NCBI GenBank assembly: GCA_964016885.1 | Contig: OZ024743.1 | Span: 145,576,001-145,640,000 of the forward strand | Source of the DNA: Eledone cirrhosa | Taxonomy: Eukaryota | Direction of reading: 5' to 3' | DNA length: 64,000 bases | Part shown: positions 13,149-27,331 of the stretch, in pieces | Layout: every line of letters begins with the position of its first letter | How positions within the stretch are numbered: the first letter of the stretch is position 1 | Program-made: the position numbers and the translations under genes | The notes under the pieces: model-generated | Told to the model about the DNA's origin: nothing | Seen by the model: only the letters and a program-made list of their open reading frames with translations | Database searches by the model: none

Positions 13149-13336
13149 GGTGGATTGGCAGTATCAGTAGAGGGTCGGACGCCATGCTTTGACGCATAGA
13201 GTTACGGCCCTTGCCATTCTAAGTTCAAATCCCGCCGAGGTTAACTTTGCCTTTCATCCTTACGGGGTCGATAAAATAAAGTACCAGTAATACACTGGTT
13301 GATTGCTGGCCTTGTGCCAAAAGTAGAAACAATTAT
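13149..13336 (+). mobile_element. tRNA-derived SINE (Meta-domain-like), full length
   Basis: TGGCAGTATCAGT A-box-like and GTTCAAATCCC B-box; GCCTTTCATCCTTACGGGGTCGATAAAAT core; about 20 related copies or fragments in the window. Confidence 0.85.
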
Positions 13337-13662
13337 ATGTATGTACCTGCAACTGCTGATGGAGTTGTAGGAAAACCATAGAGACATTTTAAACTTGGCG
13401 GAACCCATCCTGTCTCCAGATCTGAACACACTCGATTTCTTCCAGAGGAGAAAGAGTGTGATTGAGAAGAATTGAGAAAGAGATATAGAGGAAGAATCGA
13501 CCCCAGTACTCAAACAGTACTTTTTCACTGACCTCGAAAGGATGGACGGCAACGTTAACCTTTACGGGTTTTGAACTCAGAGGGCAGAAAGCCGGAACGA
13601 ATACCGCAAAGTATCGTATCCGACATTCTTATAACTCTGCCAATTCGCCGACTATGCCAGTG

Positions 13663-13984
13663 CAGACCTGTCAACTCTCACCATTGGACGGGGAGATCTC
13701 CCACCCACTTTGGGGTGGGTGAGAGGTTGCTTCTCTTGTGAAAATAGGTATAGCTTTCATTATGTAAAATATCTGAGTTCAAATCCCGCCGAGGTTAACT
13801 TTGCCTTTCATGCTTACGGGGTCGATAAAATAAAGTACCACTAATACACTGGGTAATTGCTGGCCTTGTGCCTAACGTAGAAACAATTATGTAAAATATC
13901 CCCATTTTGTCTCATTTCTCCCCGTTTGGGGGCACTTTTTTTCATGGTACTCCTCATTTGGGTATTTAGAAGTTGACAGGTCCA
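13663..13984. mobile_element. MITE with CAGACCTGTCAACT TIRs and 6-bp TSD, carrying a nested SINE
   Basis: TSD CCAGTG on both sides; nested SINE ~13774-13885 flanked by a 15-bp duplication ATTATGTAAAATATC. Confidence 0.88.
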
Positions 13985-14896
13985 CCAGTGTTAGAACATT
14001 ATTTATCTTTTAGATTGGCACAAAACTACAGATTTGGGGAAAGCTATAGTCAATCAGGTCCATCCTGTACTCGACATGTACTATATTTTATTGACCTCGG
14101 AATGAAGAAATTATTTAGCAAATGATATTGGTTTCTCTTTAACTATGACAGAAATAGTGATATTTTATGAGGGTAGGTATAGGAAATGTGAAATATATAT
14201 TATCCAAACGTTATTAGCGGTGTAATGAAAATTAAATGGTTTCTACAAAGGATTGAAACCGTAGTACACTTTTCACTAGCCGAAATCATATCTCTACTTC
14301 TAAGAATACATTCGATTGTAAAATATCAATTTCTATCACAGTAACCGGGCAATAAATTTGAGGTGAAAGCATAGTCGATAACTCTGAACACCAGTACTTG
14401 AATTGGACTTGGACTTTCGACCCCGAAAAGATGAAAGGTCAAATCGACCAGCAACAGGATTTGAACTCAGAGTGGAACACCACGTAACTTAATGCCGCTT
14501 AAATTGTAAATTAATAGTCCATCATCTTAGCAAGGTAGAGTGGTGGAATCTTGGCAGTTTCCGTGTTTTCTTGTAAATACTTTCTCATTGACGAGGGAGA
14601 AAAAAACTGAATACTATGTCAATGGGTATTTCAGATATGTCTGACAAAGATATGCGGAGGTGAACTGTTTATGGATGTTTGTTTTTAATTCTGGAAACTT
14701 GTACTGCGTAATCAGCAGTAATACATCACTACACAGTGTGGTATCACTTATATTGCATCACACCAAAGAGAACAGCTTCAGTCTTCTCCAGCAATTCCAG
14801 AATTGTTTCGTCAGAGTTAAGTAGTTTGCCATATGTATATAAATTACACCACCCCAAAATAACTAATAAGCCTATCTTTATTCACAAATAAATGAT

Positions 14897-15320
14897 AATG
14901 GTTTCTACTATAGGTACAAGGCCAGCATTTGGGGGACGTGCATTACTGGTACTTTATTTTATCGACCCTGTAACGATGAAAGGCAAAAATAACCTCGGAA
15001 GGATTTGAACTCAGAACGTAAAGAGCCACAACTTCATACCACAAAGCATGTTGGCCGGCGCTCTACCGATACTGCCAATCCACCACTCTTATCACACTTA
15101 TAATGGTTTCTGATTAGGCACAAGGCCAGTAATTTGGAGGGAGGGGAAAGTCGATTAAATCGAACCCTGTGCGTGATTATTACTTTATTTTATCAACCCT
15201 GTAAGGATGAATGGCAAAGCTAACCTCGGCGGGATTTGAACTCAGAATGTAAAGGGCCGTAACTTCAAGTCACAAAGCATGTTGGCCGACGCTCTACCAA
15301 TACTGCCAATCCACCACCCT
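14897..15320 (-). mobile_element. two tandem tRNA-derived SINE copies
   Basis: reverse-complement matches to 13149-13336. Confidence 0.8.
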
Positions 15321-15723
15321 TATCACGCTTATAATGATAACGATAATAGCCGTAATCAACCTTATAATGCTTAATGTGGTGACAGAGTAATTTATACGAA
15401 GCATTGTAAAATAGCGTCAGTCTTATATTTAGAAAGCTACTACAATGCAAATTGGAAATATACGACTGCAAAAGTAAAACAAGAACAACGGATAAGAATT
15501 TTACTTTATATTACAATATTTCGTCTTTAAAAAGCCTTTAGTAAAAGAAAATGGAGATTGAGCATATATCTAATCTGTTGGGGTATACGGAGATGCGGGA
15601 ATTGCGACATGCGTAGGTTGTTGTTCTATTAATCAATTAGCATCGCGCAACACTTGTCTATAGTTGATGGTGGAACTAAATAGGATTTAATTTTTTTAAA
15701 TCGCATTGTAGTGGTTTCTAAAA

Positions 15724-15784
<61 letters not shown>

Positions 15785-15954
15785 TATAGATAGGTAAATA
15801 TACACGGGTGTGTATGATTGTGTATAGAAGATTATATTAATAAGAGGAATTCCAACTTTGTCTGATTTACTCGTTTTATTTACAATCCTTTAAAATATAT
15901 ATAATGGTATTATAATGAAATAGTATGATAGAATATTAAATTCTAAGTGTTAAT

Positions 15955-15993
15955 TGAACAAGTACTTTCATGCTTTCGCAATCTTCAGGTTCA
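15955..15993 (-). ncRNA. type I hammerhead ribozyme, family D (element ~15800-16030)
   Basis: ribozyme identical to 8615-8653 while the flanks have diverged; lies between (TA)n tracts. Confidence 0.88.
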
Positions 15994-16300
15994 TGATATG
16001 TGGTGACAGTCGAGTTTGCAATTTTCAATATATATATATATATATTAGGTGTAGGATTATCCAAGATGTAGTAATGGTTCTGCTCTGAGGAAACAGTGGT
16101 CACAGCATTGGATATTTGAGTTCTGCAAGTACTTGTGAATTTGCACGTAGCATAACTAGGCTGCAGTACCACCGTGGAAACACTTGTAAGCACACGGAAT
16201 AAATTACCTGTTTATGATGTCTACCTGTTATTATTCATTCTTTATATATATATATATATATACATACATATATATACACATATTATATATAGATATTATA

Positions 16301-16382
<82 letters not shown>

Positions 16383-17054
16383 GTGATATATATATATTAT
16401 CATACACTGACATATATGAGAAGCAAAATTAAACAGAGCCGCTAGGAAAATATCACATTATGTATTATTGTGTTACACATCATTATACCATACAATATCA
16501 TGTTACACAATAGAACTTGTTTGATGGGGAGCGATAATCATCTTGTCATTTTATGTTATAATCAAAAATCGGTCTTTTGGTCGATTTAATCTAAACACTC
16601 AATGGCAAGACGCCCTAAGTAAATGAGACATTTGAAATACATATATGAAATGTTGTAAGTGAAGTAATTAATAATATTAAGTGGGGATGAAAATATTTAT
16701 TTCAGGGTAAAAAGAATCGATTATAAACCCAACACTCTCGCTAAAGATTTATTATACACAATATAAATGATAGTTTTATTACATGCGATATAATAACAAT
16801 GCTGTTATATGCAATCTAAAAGACAGTTTTCTTATATGAAAAAACACTTATTATTTACATATAATCAAAAGGATAATAACTGAGTGATAAAAACTAAATG
16901 AAAGCTTTCGGTATTTAATACTGATAATAACTGAAGACCACAGGCGTAACATTAACACTGTATAAAAAATATATATGCGTATTTATACATACATACCTAA
17001 ATACATACATATATACACATACATACACACACACACACAATAAAATACATACAT

Positions 17055-17465
17055 AGTGGCTGCCAACTCGTTTTCGAGTACGGCTACTACTTTATATCCA
17101 TGTAGGAGAACCCCTACCGATGCGATGAACGAGTGTGACCTTTTAGTCCAGCCAGCGACTTGAAAACTCTGGTACAAACACTACACTTGTGACAATTATT
17201 GACACATAGTGCTGGGATCTTGGTACCATGTGACAACAAGTGCAGAGAGATCTCCAGATATAAAGCAATGCCTGTGCCGTGAAGCTTTTATAGTGAGCAA
17301 AGGCACTGCACAAAGCCAGTCCCACTCTCTTAACCAAGATGATATTTACCAAAAAGAAGAACAAGTCAACATCATTGGATACCATCAAGGTTGCAGGTGT
17401 TATATCAGAGTTTTCTTTCTTCTAGAATTCTGCCTTGACAATGGCTAAGGGGTCATCTCTCCCGA
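17055..17465 (-). mobile_element. (ATGT)n-tailed retroposon copy
   Basis: matches 3223-3626 and 22241-22818. Confidence 0.75.
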
Positions 17466-17634
17466 CATACATACATACATACATACATACATACATACAT
17501 ACATACATACATACATACATACATACATACATGCATGCATGCATGCATGCATGCATACATACATACATACATACATACATACATACATACATACATACAT
17601 ACATACATACATACATACATACATACATACATAC

Positions 17635-18318
17635 ACTGCAATCCAAGAACAGGAGACTAACACGAAATACCTGATCCACAAAAGAGATAGGGGTGCAGGC
17701 AAAACACCTAGATGTGATAACAAGTGCAGACTCTGCAGAACTAACATCGAGGATATCACCCATGTCATCAGCAGCTGTCCAAAGATGTCATCGCGGTACT
17801 ATCTACCTATGAGGCATGATGTAGTGGCCAAAACACTGTTCAATGCAGTTCGTAGAAAAAATAGCCTCGATAATAAACACATTAAAAGCTACAGCAATGT
17901 GGAAGACATCCATGTACATAATATGAAAGAGTACTGGTGGAATGTTCCAGTAAAAACCCCAATAAAATGCAGGCATAACAGACCAGATATTATGATATGG
18001 GACAGGGAGAAGAAAGCATGCACAGTAGTGGAAATTAGCTGCCCAGCAGATGCCAATATAATATCAAAGATTAGTGAAAAGGAGAATATTTATGCAGAAC
18101 TGATGAGAAATCTGCAGATACTCCACCCTGATTACACCTTCAGATGTATGCCTGTGATTATTGGGTCACTGGGGTATGTTAGTAACTGTCTCAATACAAA
18201 TCTTGAGAAGCTAGGCTTCACAGGAACAGAAAGAACACAACTAGTTAGGAAATTACAAGTACAATCCATTAATGGAACAGTAAAAATATGTAAAACATTC
18301 CAAAAATGTTGCATCTAA
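17635..18318 (+). mobile_element. 5'-truncated R4/Dong-like non-LTR retrotransposon (CCHC knuckle plus restriction-like endonuclease), subfamily 1
   Basis: AIQEQE, CRLC..EDITHVISSC, RHD, RPDIMIWD..VVEISCP..K..Y; begins directly after (CATA)n. Confidence 0.9.
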
Positions 18319-18630
18319 TAACTGCATATACACATGTACAGATACAAAGCATGCACACATACAACTCAAAACATACACATCCACACATACAATAACATCC
18401 ATATCTATACATATATATCTACCTAGTTGATGTTGTGTAAATTCCAATGAGAGAGTCTTGTGTCTATGTTAGAAACCGACTCTCTCTCTATATTGGTAAA
18501 ACTTTGTGAAATTATAAAACCAGAAGAACATACATACATACATACATACATACATACATACATACATACATACATACATACATACATACATACATACATA
18601 CATACATACATACATACATACATACATACA

Positions 18631-19240
18631 TTGCCAGCTGCGAAAGAATGTCATCTAGCTACTACCTCCCCATGAGACACGATGGGATAGCTAGAACCAT
18701 CTGGAACGCACTTCGGAAAGCAAAATTAACAACAAACGAGGAAGAATATATTGAGACAGATGGCACTAAGGAATACTGGTGGAACCTGAAAATAAAAACT
18801 GCCACCAAATTAAAGCACAACCGGCCTGATATTGTTGTTTGGGACCACACATTGAAAACGTGTTCTGTTGTGGAGATCAGCTGCCCACTTGATGTAAACG
18901 TTGTCAGAAAAATACAGGAGGAGGACATCTACGGACCATTGATAAGGAGTTTACAAATTCAGTATCCAAGATACACCTTTAGCTTCATACCCATCATTAT
19001 TGGAGCTACGGGTTATATACCAACCCGCTTGGACCAAAGTATGACTGAACTTGGATTTGCGGACAAAGAGCGCAGCTCCCTAATTCATAGTCTACAAATG
19101 GCTGCGATAGCTGGCACCTTCAAAATTTGCAAAACATTCTTGCGATTCAAGGGATGACAATTTCTTTTCTTTTACAACCTTGTCACCAGGAAGGTGGCCG
19201 GTCAAAAAAAATATACTCGAAATTAAGAGAAAGAGATAAC
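18631..19240 (+). mobile_element. 5'-truncated R4/Dong-like RLE retrotransposon, subfamily 2
   Basis: RHD, RPDIVVWD, VVEISCP; (CATA)n on both sides. Confidence 0.9.
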
Positions 19241-19662
19241 GTACATACATACATACATAGATACATACATATGCGTATATTTTTGCTGTTTAGCCACAGA
19301 TCAACCTTGATCGATTAGATCTTTGATCAAAGGCATTCGGGTTGTCACTATTTTCTCTTTTTTCCAAGCATAGAGTGACCATGACCATATCATTTATGGT
19401 GCTATTTTATAAGATGGTAGAAGTGGTTTGCGTAACATTTCACTGCTATTCCTAACCAGTTGTGCGGACTCATAGAAGCTCATGTTGAAAATAACAGCCA
19501 ATATTCTTCTGTGCCATTCTACTAACAAGAATCACATCTTTTCGTTTCAAGCTAACAAGGCCACCATTTGCTCTCAAACAAAGTGCACCAGAACTAGCAC
19601 TTTTGCTCCTTAAACTCTTCAGCCTCATTCTCTCTCTCTCTCTTCCTCCCCCTCTCTCTCAT

Positions 19663-19730
<68 letters not shown>

Positions 19731-19733
<3 letters not shown>

Positions 19734-19792
19734 CGGTGCCCCAGCATGGCCTCAGCCGGATGGCTGAAACAGGTAAAAGAGAAAGTAAAAGA

Positions 19793-19795
<3 letters not shown>
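19731..19795 (+). mobile_element. isolated CR1-type LINE 3' tail inside (TA)n
   Basis: GGGCGGTGCCCCAGCATGGCCTCAGCCGGATGGCTGAAACAGGTAAAA matches the LINE end at ~11225-11280. Confidence 0.75.
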
Positions 19796-19879
<84 letters not shown>

Positions 19880-19963
19880 TATATATATATACACACACAA
19901 ACACACACACATATATATATATGTGTATATATAACCCATGCAAGCATGGAAAAGCGGACGTTA

Positions 19964-20059
<96 letters not shown>

Positions 20060-20237
20060 AAAAAGAGATGAAATCGAAAATGCAACTGAAGTCTTATTTT
20101 TAAAAATAAATATATATATTTTTTTTTTTAAATAAGACTTCAGTTGCATTTTCGATTTCATCTCTTTTTCTTTATACTTTCACTCGTGTAGGACACCTCG
20201 GTTATTTTTCATTCTGTAAAAAAAACCTCACTTTCTA

Positions 20238-20375
<138 letters not shown>

Positions 20376-20598
20376 ACATATATCGATCCTTAGAGGCATT
20401 TTACAGTGTATGCCGTTTTCCAGAAGAGCAAATCTTCTGGTCATACTAGCGATTACTATATATATATATATAACGAAGGAAATGTGGTAAGGAACCAGGT
20501 GGACCATAACGCACCAAAGTCCAGAATTAGCCGTCGAAACGGCTTGAGCTCAGCTGTCGGGGTCTTACTGGTTCCTATATATATATATATATATATAT

Positions 20599-20680
<82 letters not shown>

Positions 20681-20797
20681 ATAATAATAAATTTGAAGAC
20701 TAAAATCCAAAGAGAGCTCGATAAGGATAAATATATATCAAATATATAAGAACCGTAGAGCAGCGATTCTTTGCTTAAACTTTAATCTGTTATTTTA

Positions 20798-20843
<46 letters not shown>

Positions 20844-21354
20844 TTTGGTCAAACTAACTACAACTAGCTCAAGCTTCACCACCATACCATCCTATATACT
20901 TAAATATACTATTCTACATACTTTTTCTCAGCAGGTCTTCAAAGAAAAAGAACACTTCGACTTAACAACAAAACATTATGAACACATTGTTCAATGTAGT
21001 CTGAAATGTGGTATCACCAAAGAATACTGAGAGCTGTTTGATCAGAGCTATCATGAAGATAAGCAACAACAAAGGACGAACATACATACATACAAGATGA
21101 TGGCTGCAACCCGATTTCGAGTAATGCCATGCTGAAGCATAAGCATCACGGATGTGGCTTTTTAGTGCTGCTAAGGACTTGCCTAAGGCCAGCAATACCA
21201 TGCATTGCAAAGATGTCATATATCAAGCAATGTATGTGCTTTAAGCTTTGCATATACATACATACGTACATACATACATACATACATACATACATACATA
21301 CATACATACATACATACATACATACATACATACATACATACATACATACATACA

Positions 21355-22230
21355 GACAGACTAAAAATATTGACCAATTTACAGAAAAAGTTGTGCATGG
21401 ATACTTGAGACGTAAAACACAGACCATAGAGGGGATAAACCACTCAAAAAGCCTGGCATGAAGTTCCGACAAGTTTATGACATCACACCTTGAGGGATAT
21501 CTCTATGCAATACAGGAACAAGAACTCCCTACCAAATATCTGCTACACAAAAGTGGAGGGCCATCAGCTGACAATAAATGTAGGCTATGTAAAACAAAGA
21601 TCGAGGATGTAAGCCACATTGTTGCCAGCTGCGAAAGAATGTCATCTCGCTACTACCTTCCCATGAGACACGATGGGATAGCTAGAACCATCTGGAACGC
21701 ACTTCGGAAAACAAAATTAACAACAAACGAGGAAGAATATATTGAGACAGATGGCACTAAGGAATACTGGTGGAACCTGAAAATAAAAACTGCCACCAAA
21801 TTAAAGCACAACCGGCCTGATATTGTAGTTTGGGACCATACATTGAAAACGTGTTCTGTTGTGGAGATCAGCTGCCCACTTGATGTAAACGTTATGAGAA
21901 AAATACAGGAGAAGGAGGACATCTACGGACCATTGATGAGGAGTTTGCAAATCCAGTATCCAAGATACACCTTTAGCTTCATACCCATCATTATTGGAAC
22001 TACGGCTTATATACCAACCCGTTTGGACCAAAGTAGGACTGAACTTGGATTTGCGGTCAAAGAGCGCAGCTCCCTAATTCATAGTCTACAAATGGCTGCG
22101 ATAGTTAGCACCTTCAAAATTTGCAAAACATTCTTGCGATTCAAGGGATGACAATTTCTTTTCTTTTACAACCTTGCCACCAGGAAGGTGGCCGGTCAAA
22201 AAATATACTCGAAATTAAGAGAAAGAGATA
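21355..22230 (+). mobile_element. 5'-truncated R4/Dong-like RLE retrotransposon, subfamily 2 (longest copy)
   Basis: VHG motif, AIQEQE, CRLC..H...C, RHD, RPD..E; ORF 21477-22151; (CATA)n at both ends. Confidence 0.92.
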
Positions 22231-22240
22231 ACATACATAC

Positions 22241-22818
22241 ATGGTGGCTGCCAACTCGTTTTCGAGTATGGCCACTACTTTATATCCATGTAGGAGAAAC
22301 CCTACCGATGCGTTGAACGAGTGTGATTTTTAGTCCAGCCAGCGACTTGAAAACTCTGGTACAAACACTACACTTGTGACAATTATTGACACATAGTGCT
22401 GGGCCCATGGTACCATGTCACGACAAGTGCAGAGAGATCTCCAGATATAAAGCAATGTCTGTGCCGTGAAGCTTTTATAGTGAGCAAAGGCACTGCACAA
22501 AGCCAGTCCCACTCTCTTAACCAAGATGATATTTACCAAAAAGAAGAACAAGTCAACATCATTGGATACCATCAGGGTTGCAGGTGTTATATCAGAGTTT
22601 TCCTTCTCCTAGAATTCTGCCTTGACAAAGGCTAAGGGGTCATCTCTCCCGGTGATTTTGGATGGCCATTGACTCTTAAGAGCTCCTTTGCCCTTTGACA
22701 GGTTTTGTTTTTAGTCCTGCAGGATGTCCAAAGTCACCCTCCTCACCAAGAAACCTTGGTGGGGTTGCCAGTTTAGTCGCCAACGACTCGACCATGAGAT
22801 AGGTTGTACTGGGATACC
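22241..22818 (-). mobile_element. (ATGT)n-tailed retroposon, longest copy (~580 bp)
   Basis: extends the 3223 and 17055 copies by about 170 bp at the 5' end; (CATA)n on both sides. Confidence 0.75.
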
Positions 22819-22885
22819 TACATACATACATACATACATACATACATACATACATACATACATACATACATACATACATACATAC

Positions 22886-23232
22886 ATGTAAACGTTGTCA
22901 GAAAAATATAGGAGAAGGAGGAATTCTACGGACCATTGATGAGAAGTTTACAAATCCAGTATCCTAGATACACCTTTAGCTTCATACCCATCATTATTGA
23001 AGCTACGGGTTATATACCAACCCGCTTGGACCAAAGTATGACCGAACTTGGATTTGCGCACAAAGAGCGCAACTCCCTAATTCATAGTCTACAAATGGCT
23101 GCGATAGCTGGCACCTTCAAAATTTGCAAAACATTCTTGCAATTCAAGGGATGACAATTTCTTATCTTTTACAATCTTGCCACCAGGAAGGTGGCCGGTC
23201 AAAAAAAATACTCGAAATTAAGAGAAAGAGAT
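22886..23232 (+). mobile_element. short 3' fragment of R4/Dong-like element, subfamily 2
   Basis: matches ~21885-22230; same 3' end, followed by (CATA)n. Confidence 0.9.
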
Positions 23233-26072
23233 TACATACATACATACTGATGTTTAATATTAGCTAACAAAATAAAAATTTTAGCGGTGTAGTCGATTAA
23301 ATCGCCCCCAATATTTTAATTGGGTCTTATTATAGAAAGTTAAATTCGGAGTCGACCCCGGCAAACTCATATTGTAAGATATAAACAAATGTTAAGAAGG
23401 CAATTAGCGTTTATCATTTGAATTAAGATTTATTAGCGAGACTTAACATTCCGTTTAAGCTTTTATGTCCTCAAAATTGAAATTCCCATCTATTAAATTT
23501 AGCTGTGACTTAGGTTTGTGTTTATGTAATGAATGACGTATGCAGATTTTTTTATTTATTGAAATTTACTTTGTATTTGGAGGAGAAAAACAAAATTCTA
23601 ACAAAAATTGTTAAAGATTTTCAAATACAAGAGCAACTAATTCCAAGAAATCTAAAATCATTTTTTTAATGATTTGGGAGGAAATCTGGGCATTTCAAAT
23701 CATAACTACGGACATATTTCTGTTATATTAGACATCGTGAAAAATGCATGGTTTTTCAAACCTGCTAGACCAAAGAGCATAAATATCTACTAGTGGAAAA
23801 GGAGTTACGAACGATTTGGATCACTGCCTTAGATTGCTTTTGAGAAATCTGCAGTGAAAATTATCTCTAGCTTAGAAACTTCGGTTGCACTTTCCCCATA
23901 TTCAATCCACAACTAAAACCAGTTGTGTTAGCTCAAACGTTTGTAAAAACCATTTGATTTGATTCTTAGTAGTGCCTAACTGCTTTATTTGAATTACATC
24001 TAACTGATGTTATGTTATATTTTCAAACATTATTATACAGCAAATCGGTAATAACTGAATTATATAACATCAACAGTCTTTAAATTCTGGGGGTGGGGGT
24101 CAGCTCACATATTACAACTAGTTCCATATAATGCACATGTAACACATTTGTAATTCAATCTTCTATGTCATTAACATTCCATCCTACACTACCGTTTAGA
24201 AAGAGTTTTTTTTATCTCCCTTTGGTGATAGATTCACCCTTTGCTTATACGATTTACAGCAGTTCAGGTCTTTCTTAAAATAGAAAGAAAATGTGAACAG
24301 AAAATTATCGAAAATGCATGTATGTATGTATGGGATAATGCTCTCTGGCGTGAAGAACACCAAGTGCAAGCCGCGTCGGGATCCCAGCAGACAGAATCAA
24401 GAAAACGTTGCACCAGCGGATGGCGAAAGACATACTTTGAAATAGCCATTCCAGCGCGCGGGTCTCACACCTGCGAGGGGTCAAGACCGTATTTAAATAT
24501 ACAGTTCCAAGTAATGTGTTAATTAGAACAGACTATAGCTATGAAGTTATAATCTTCCCCATCTATGTGGTATTTGAATATTTTGCTTTCATAGTATGCA
24601 TCCTCTGTAGTGTATAGAGGAAGTATGCAGCTTGTTATATCGGTTCGTTGTCTGTTGTGTTTTGTAAGGAAGGGCTTTAAGTTCTAACATAATCCATGAG
24701 GATTCCCTTGTACTATTTATAAGTTAATGACATGTTCTAAAGTAAAACTATTATGCTCTGTTAGTGATAATACATGTAGAATCGAGAGTTTACAACTTAC
24801 TTAGAAATATTTCACAAACTATAAAATGCAACAAATCCTGGCAATATTCAATGCCTGGAAGCAGCAAATGGGAAATCTGTTGGCCCTTGTCTATTTTCAG
24901 GTGTTTATTTGGTATTTCAAATATAAAACGAATTAGAACATTTCAAAAATCGATTTTTTTTTTTAAATATTTATTTTCAGAATTAAGAACATTATTAATC
25001 AATTAGAACATTTGGATGTTTCTATACCCATCACATTAATTAGAGCTATTTTCAGAGAGAAATGTTTATCCTGCATGGAATGGCTTCACTCTGTGGAAAT
25101 TTAAGTCTTCTTTAACGAAGATCGGCCAACATTCAATTTGTCATTTAACAAATCTCGAATAAAACACGCCATTATCTCCACCTTCCTTTCAGTTTCTTAG
25201 TTAACCCGGCCATACGTATATTCAAGACCATAGTTATCTTGAATAAATCTTTTGTTTTGTTTTGTTGCTGTTGTTGTTTTAATTAGATGTGATTTTAGTA
25301 ACAAGATTAGAAAGTTTCCTAACATTGATAACAGAATGAATTTAATTACTTTTTTTAAAGTCTGTATATGTATTCTTTCTTTTTTTAAACTGTCTTTTTT
25401 TTTCTGTTTCAAAAGAAACCTTTGAACATTTTTTTTCGTTTGTATATATTTGTATTTATTATATGTTTAATGTAATCATTATATGACGAAAGTAAAATAT
25501 TTGTAAATACAAATGTCGGCTGGGAAGAATTGTGGTAGAAATCAAATAGATCTATATCAACAGTTAATTACATAGAAGGGAATTACGTATTACTTATATT
25601 TGAAAGCTAGAAGCAAAGTACAATCATTAAATTAACTTCGTTGACTTGTTTTACCACGAGATTGGTGATCTAAAAAAAAAAATGCAAACAAAAATGCAAA
25701 AAAAAAAATGATAGCATCAGAGATTGAAATAAATTAAAAATATATGTTCTGTACAAGTATAAGTGTATGACTGTGTATGTGGGCGCGCACGCACGTGTTT
25801 GTATTGTAAAAGTTTATAAATGTGTAAATATATGTACACACGCATATGTACACACGCATACAATAAATAGGAGAAGTTGTAACTATTTCGAAAAAAATGC
25901 CTTGTGGTCAAATGGTTGATGCTAGAGATAATATCAAATATTGTGGTATTATTTCTTATATTGCCTTGCAAAGTAATTGTTTAGAACAAATATAATTGAA
26001 AATAGAGTATTCAAAGAATTTAGGCGAGATTTATCACTTGCCTTCATAGATTAATTTGTTAGATTTTAATTT

Positions 26073-26430
26073 AATAATTGTTTCTACTTTTGGCACAAGG
26101 CCAGCATTACTGGTATTTATTTTATCGACCCCGTAAGGATGAAAGGCAAAGTTAACCTCGGCGGGATTTGAACTCAGATCATACAGGGAGGTAACTCTAT
26201 GCTTCAAAGCATGGCGATACTGCCTTTTAATTTAATTTAATAATTGTTTCTACTTTAGGCACAGGGCCAGCAATTACCCAGTGCATTACTGGTACTTTAT
26301 TTTATCGACCCCGTAAGGATGAAAGGTAAAGTCAACCTCGGCGGGATTTGAACTCAGATCGTAAAGGGACGTAACTATGGTGGAAAGCATGGCGTCCGAC
26401 CCTCTACCGATACTGCCAATCCACCACCCT
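26073..26430 (-). mobile_element. two tandem tRNA-derived SINE copies
   Basis: reverse-complement matches to 13149-13336. Confidence 0.85.
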
Positions 26431-26974
26431 TTAATTTAATTTAATTTAATAATAAAGACTAAATGATTTCCTTTTTTCTATTTCTTGATTTTAATAATCT
26501 GTTGTGAATGTAAGAACATCTGCAGTGAATAAAGAGAAGAGAAGAAAAATAAATATGAACGATTTAATGTGTAAGGGGTTGGGGGGGGGGGGGGTAAAGA
26601 AGAAAAATGTTATTACTCCTAATACATGTTAGTAGATGAAGGAAAGGATGTCACTTCCGTCTTGAAAAAGTTAGTTGTACTGTATGTTTATGCGAATGTG
26701 TGAAAGTTCGTGGGAAAGAGTGGAGGTACTAACTTATCTAACACACACACAAACACACGCACATCTTTTTAGACTGGAGAAATAGAGGTAACTGGGTGCG
26801 GTCGATATAGTTGATAATCAGATTAGAGTTTTCCAGCATTTAAAAAAGAAAATGTAGGATGAGAAGGAATTTTTATATCGTGTGTTCACAAATAGAGTTC
26901 TTTGGAGGAAGAATTAGATAGTGTTTTGATTATGCTTATCATTTCAGAGACTGAAACGTTATTGTTTAGTCTCG

Positions 26975-27170
26975 GTGGATTGGCAGTGGATTGGCAGTAT
27001 CGGTAGAGAGTCGGACGCCATGCTTTCCAGCATAGTTACGTCCCTTTACGATCTGAGTTCAAATCCCGCCGAGGTTGACTTTGCCTTTCATCCTTACGGG
27101 GTCGATAAAATAAAGTACCAGTAATGCACTGGGTAATTGCTGGCCTTGTGCCTAAAGTAGAAACAGTTAT
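26975..27170 (+). mobile_element. tRNA-derived SINE with TSD
   Basis: GTTATTGTTTAGTCTC is present on both sides. Confidence 0.88.
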
Positions 27171-27331
27171 TGTTTAGTCTCAAGTTAACTCTGGTCAATC
27201 AAACTTATGATTAATCTTGTTTCAGCCATGACCATCACATTTTTAAATATATTTTCTGACTCGCCTTTTTTAAAGATGTAGAATGAAGGAGATTTATTTG
27301 CTACTAGGTTTAGCATACATATATACATACA

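Noticed and set aside
20845-21070. Possible upstream coding fragment of a retroelement
   Set aside because: No recognisable motif
24241-25006. Possible host exons (ORFs 24241 and 24764)
   Set aside because: No recognisable protein or supportable splice structure; part looks like a CATA-tailed repeat
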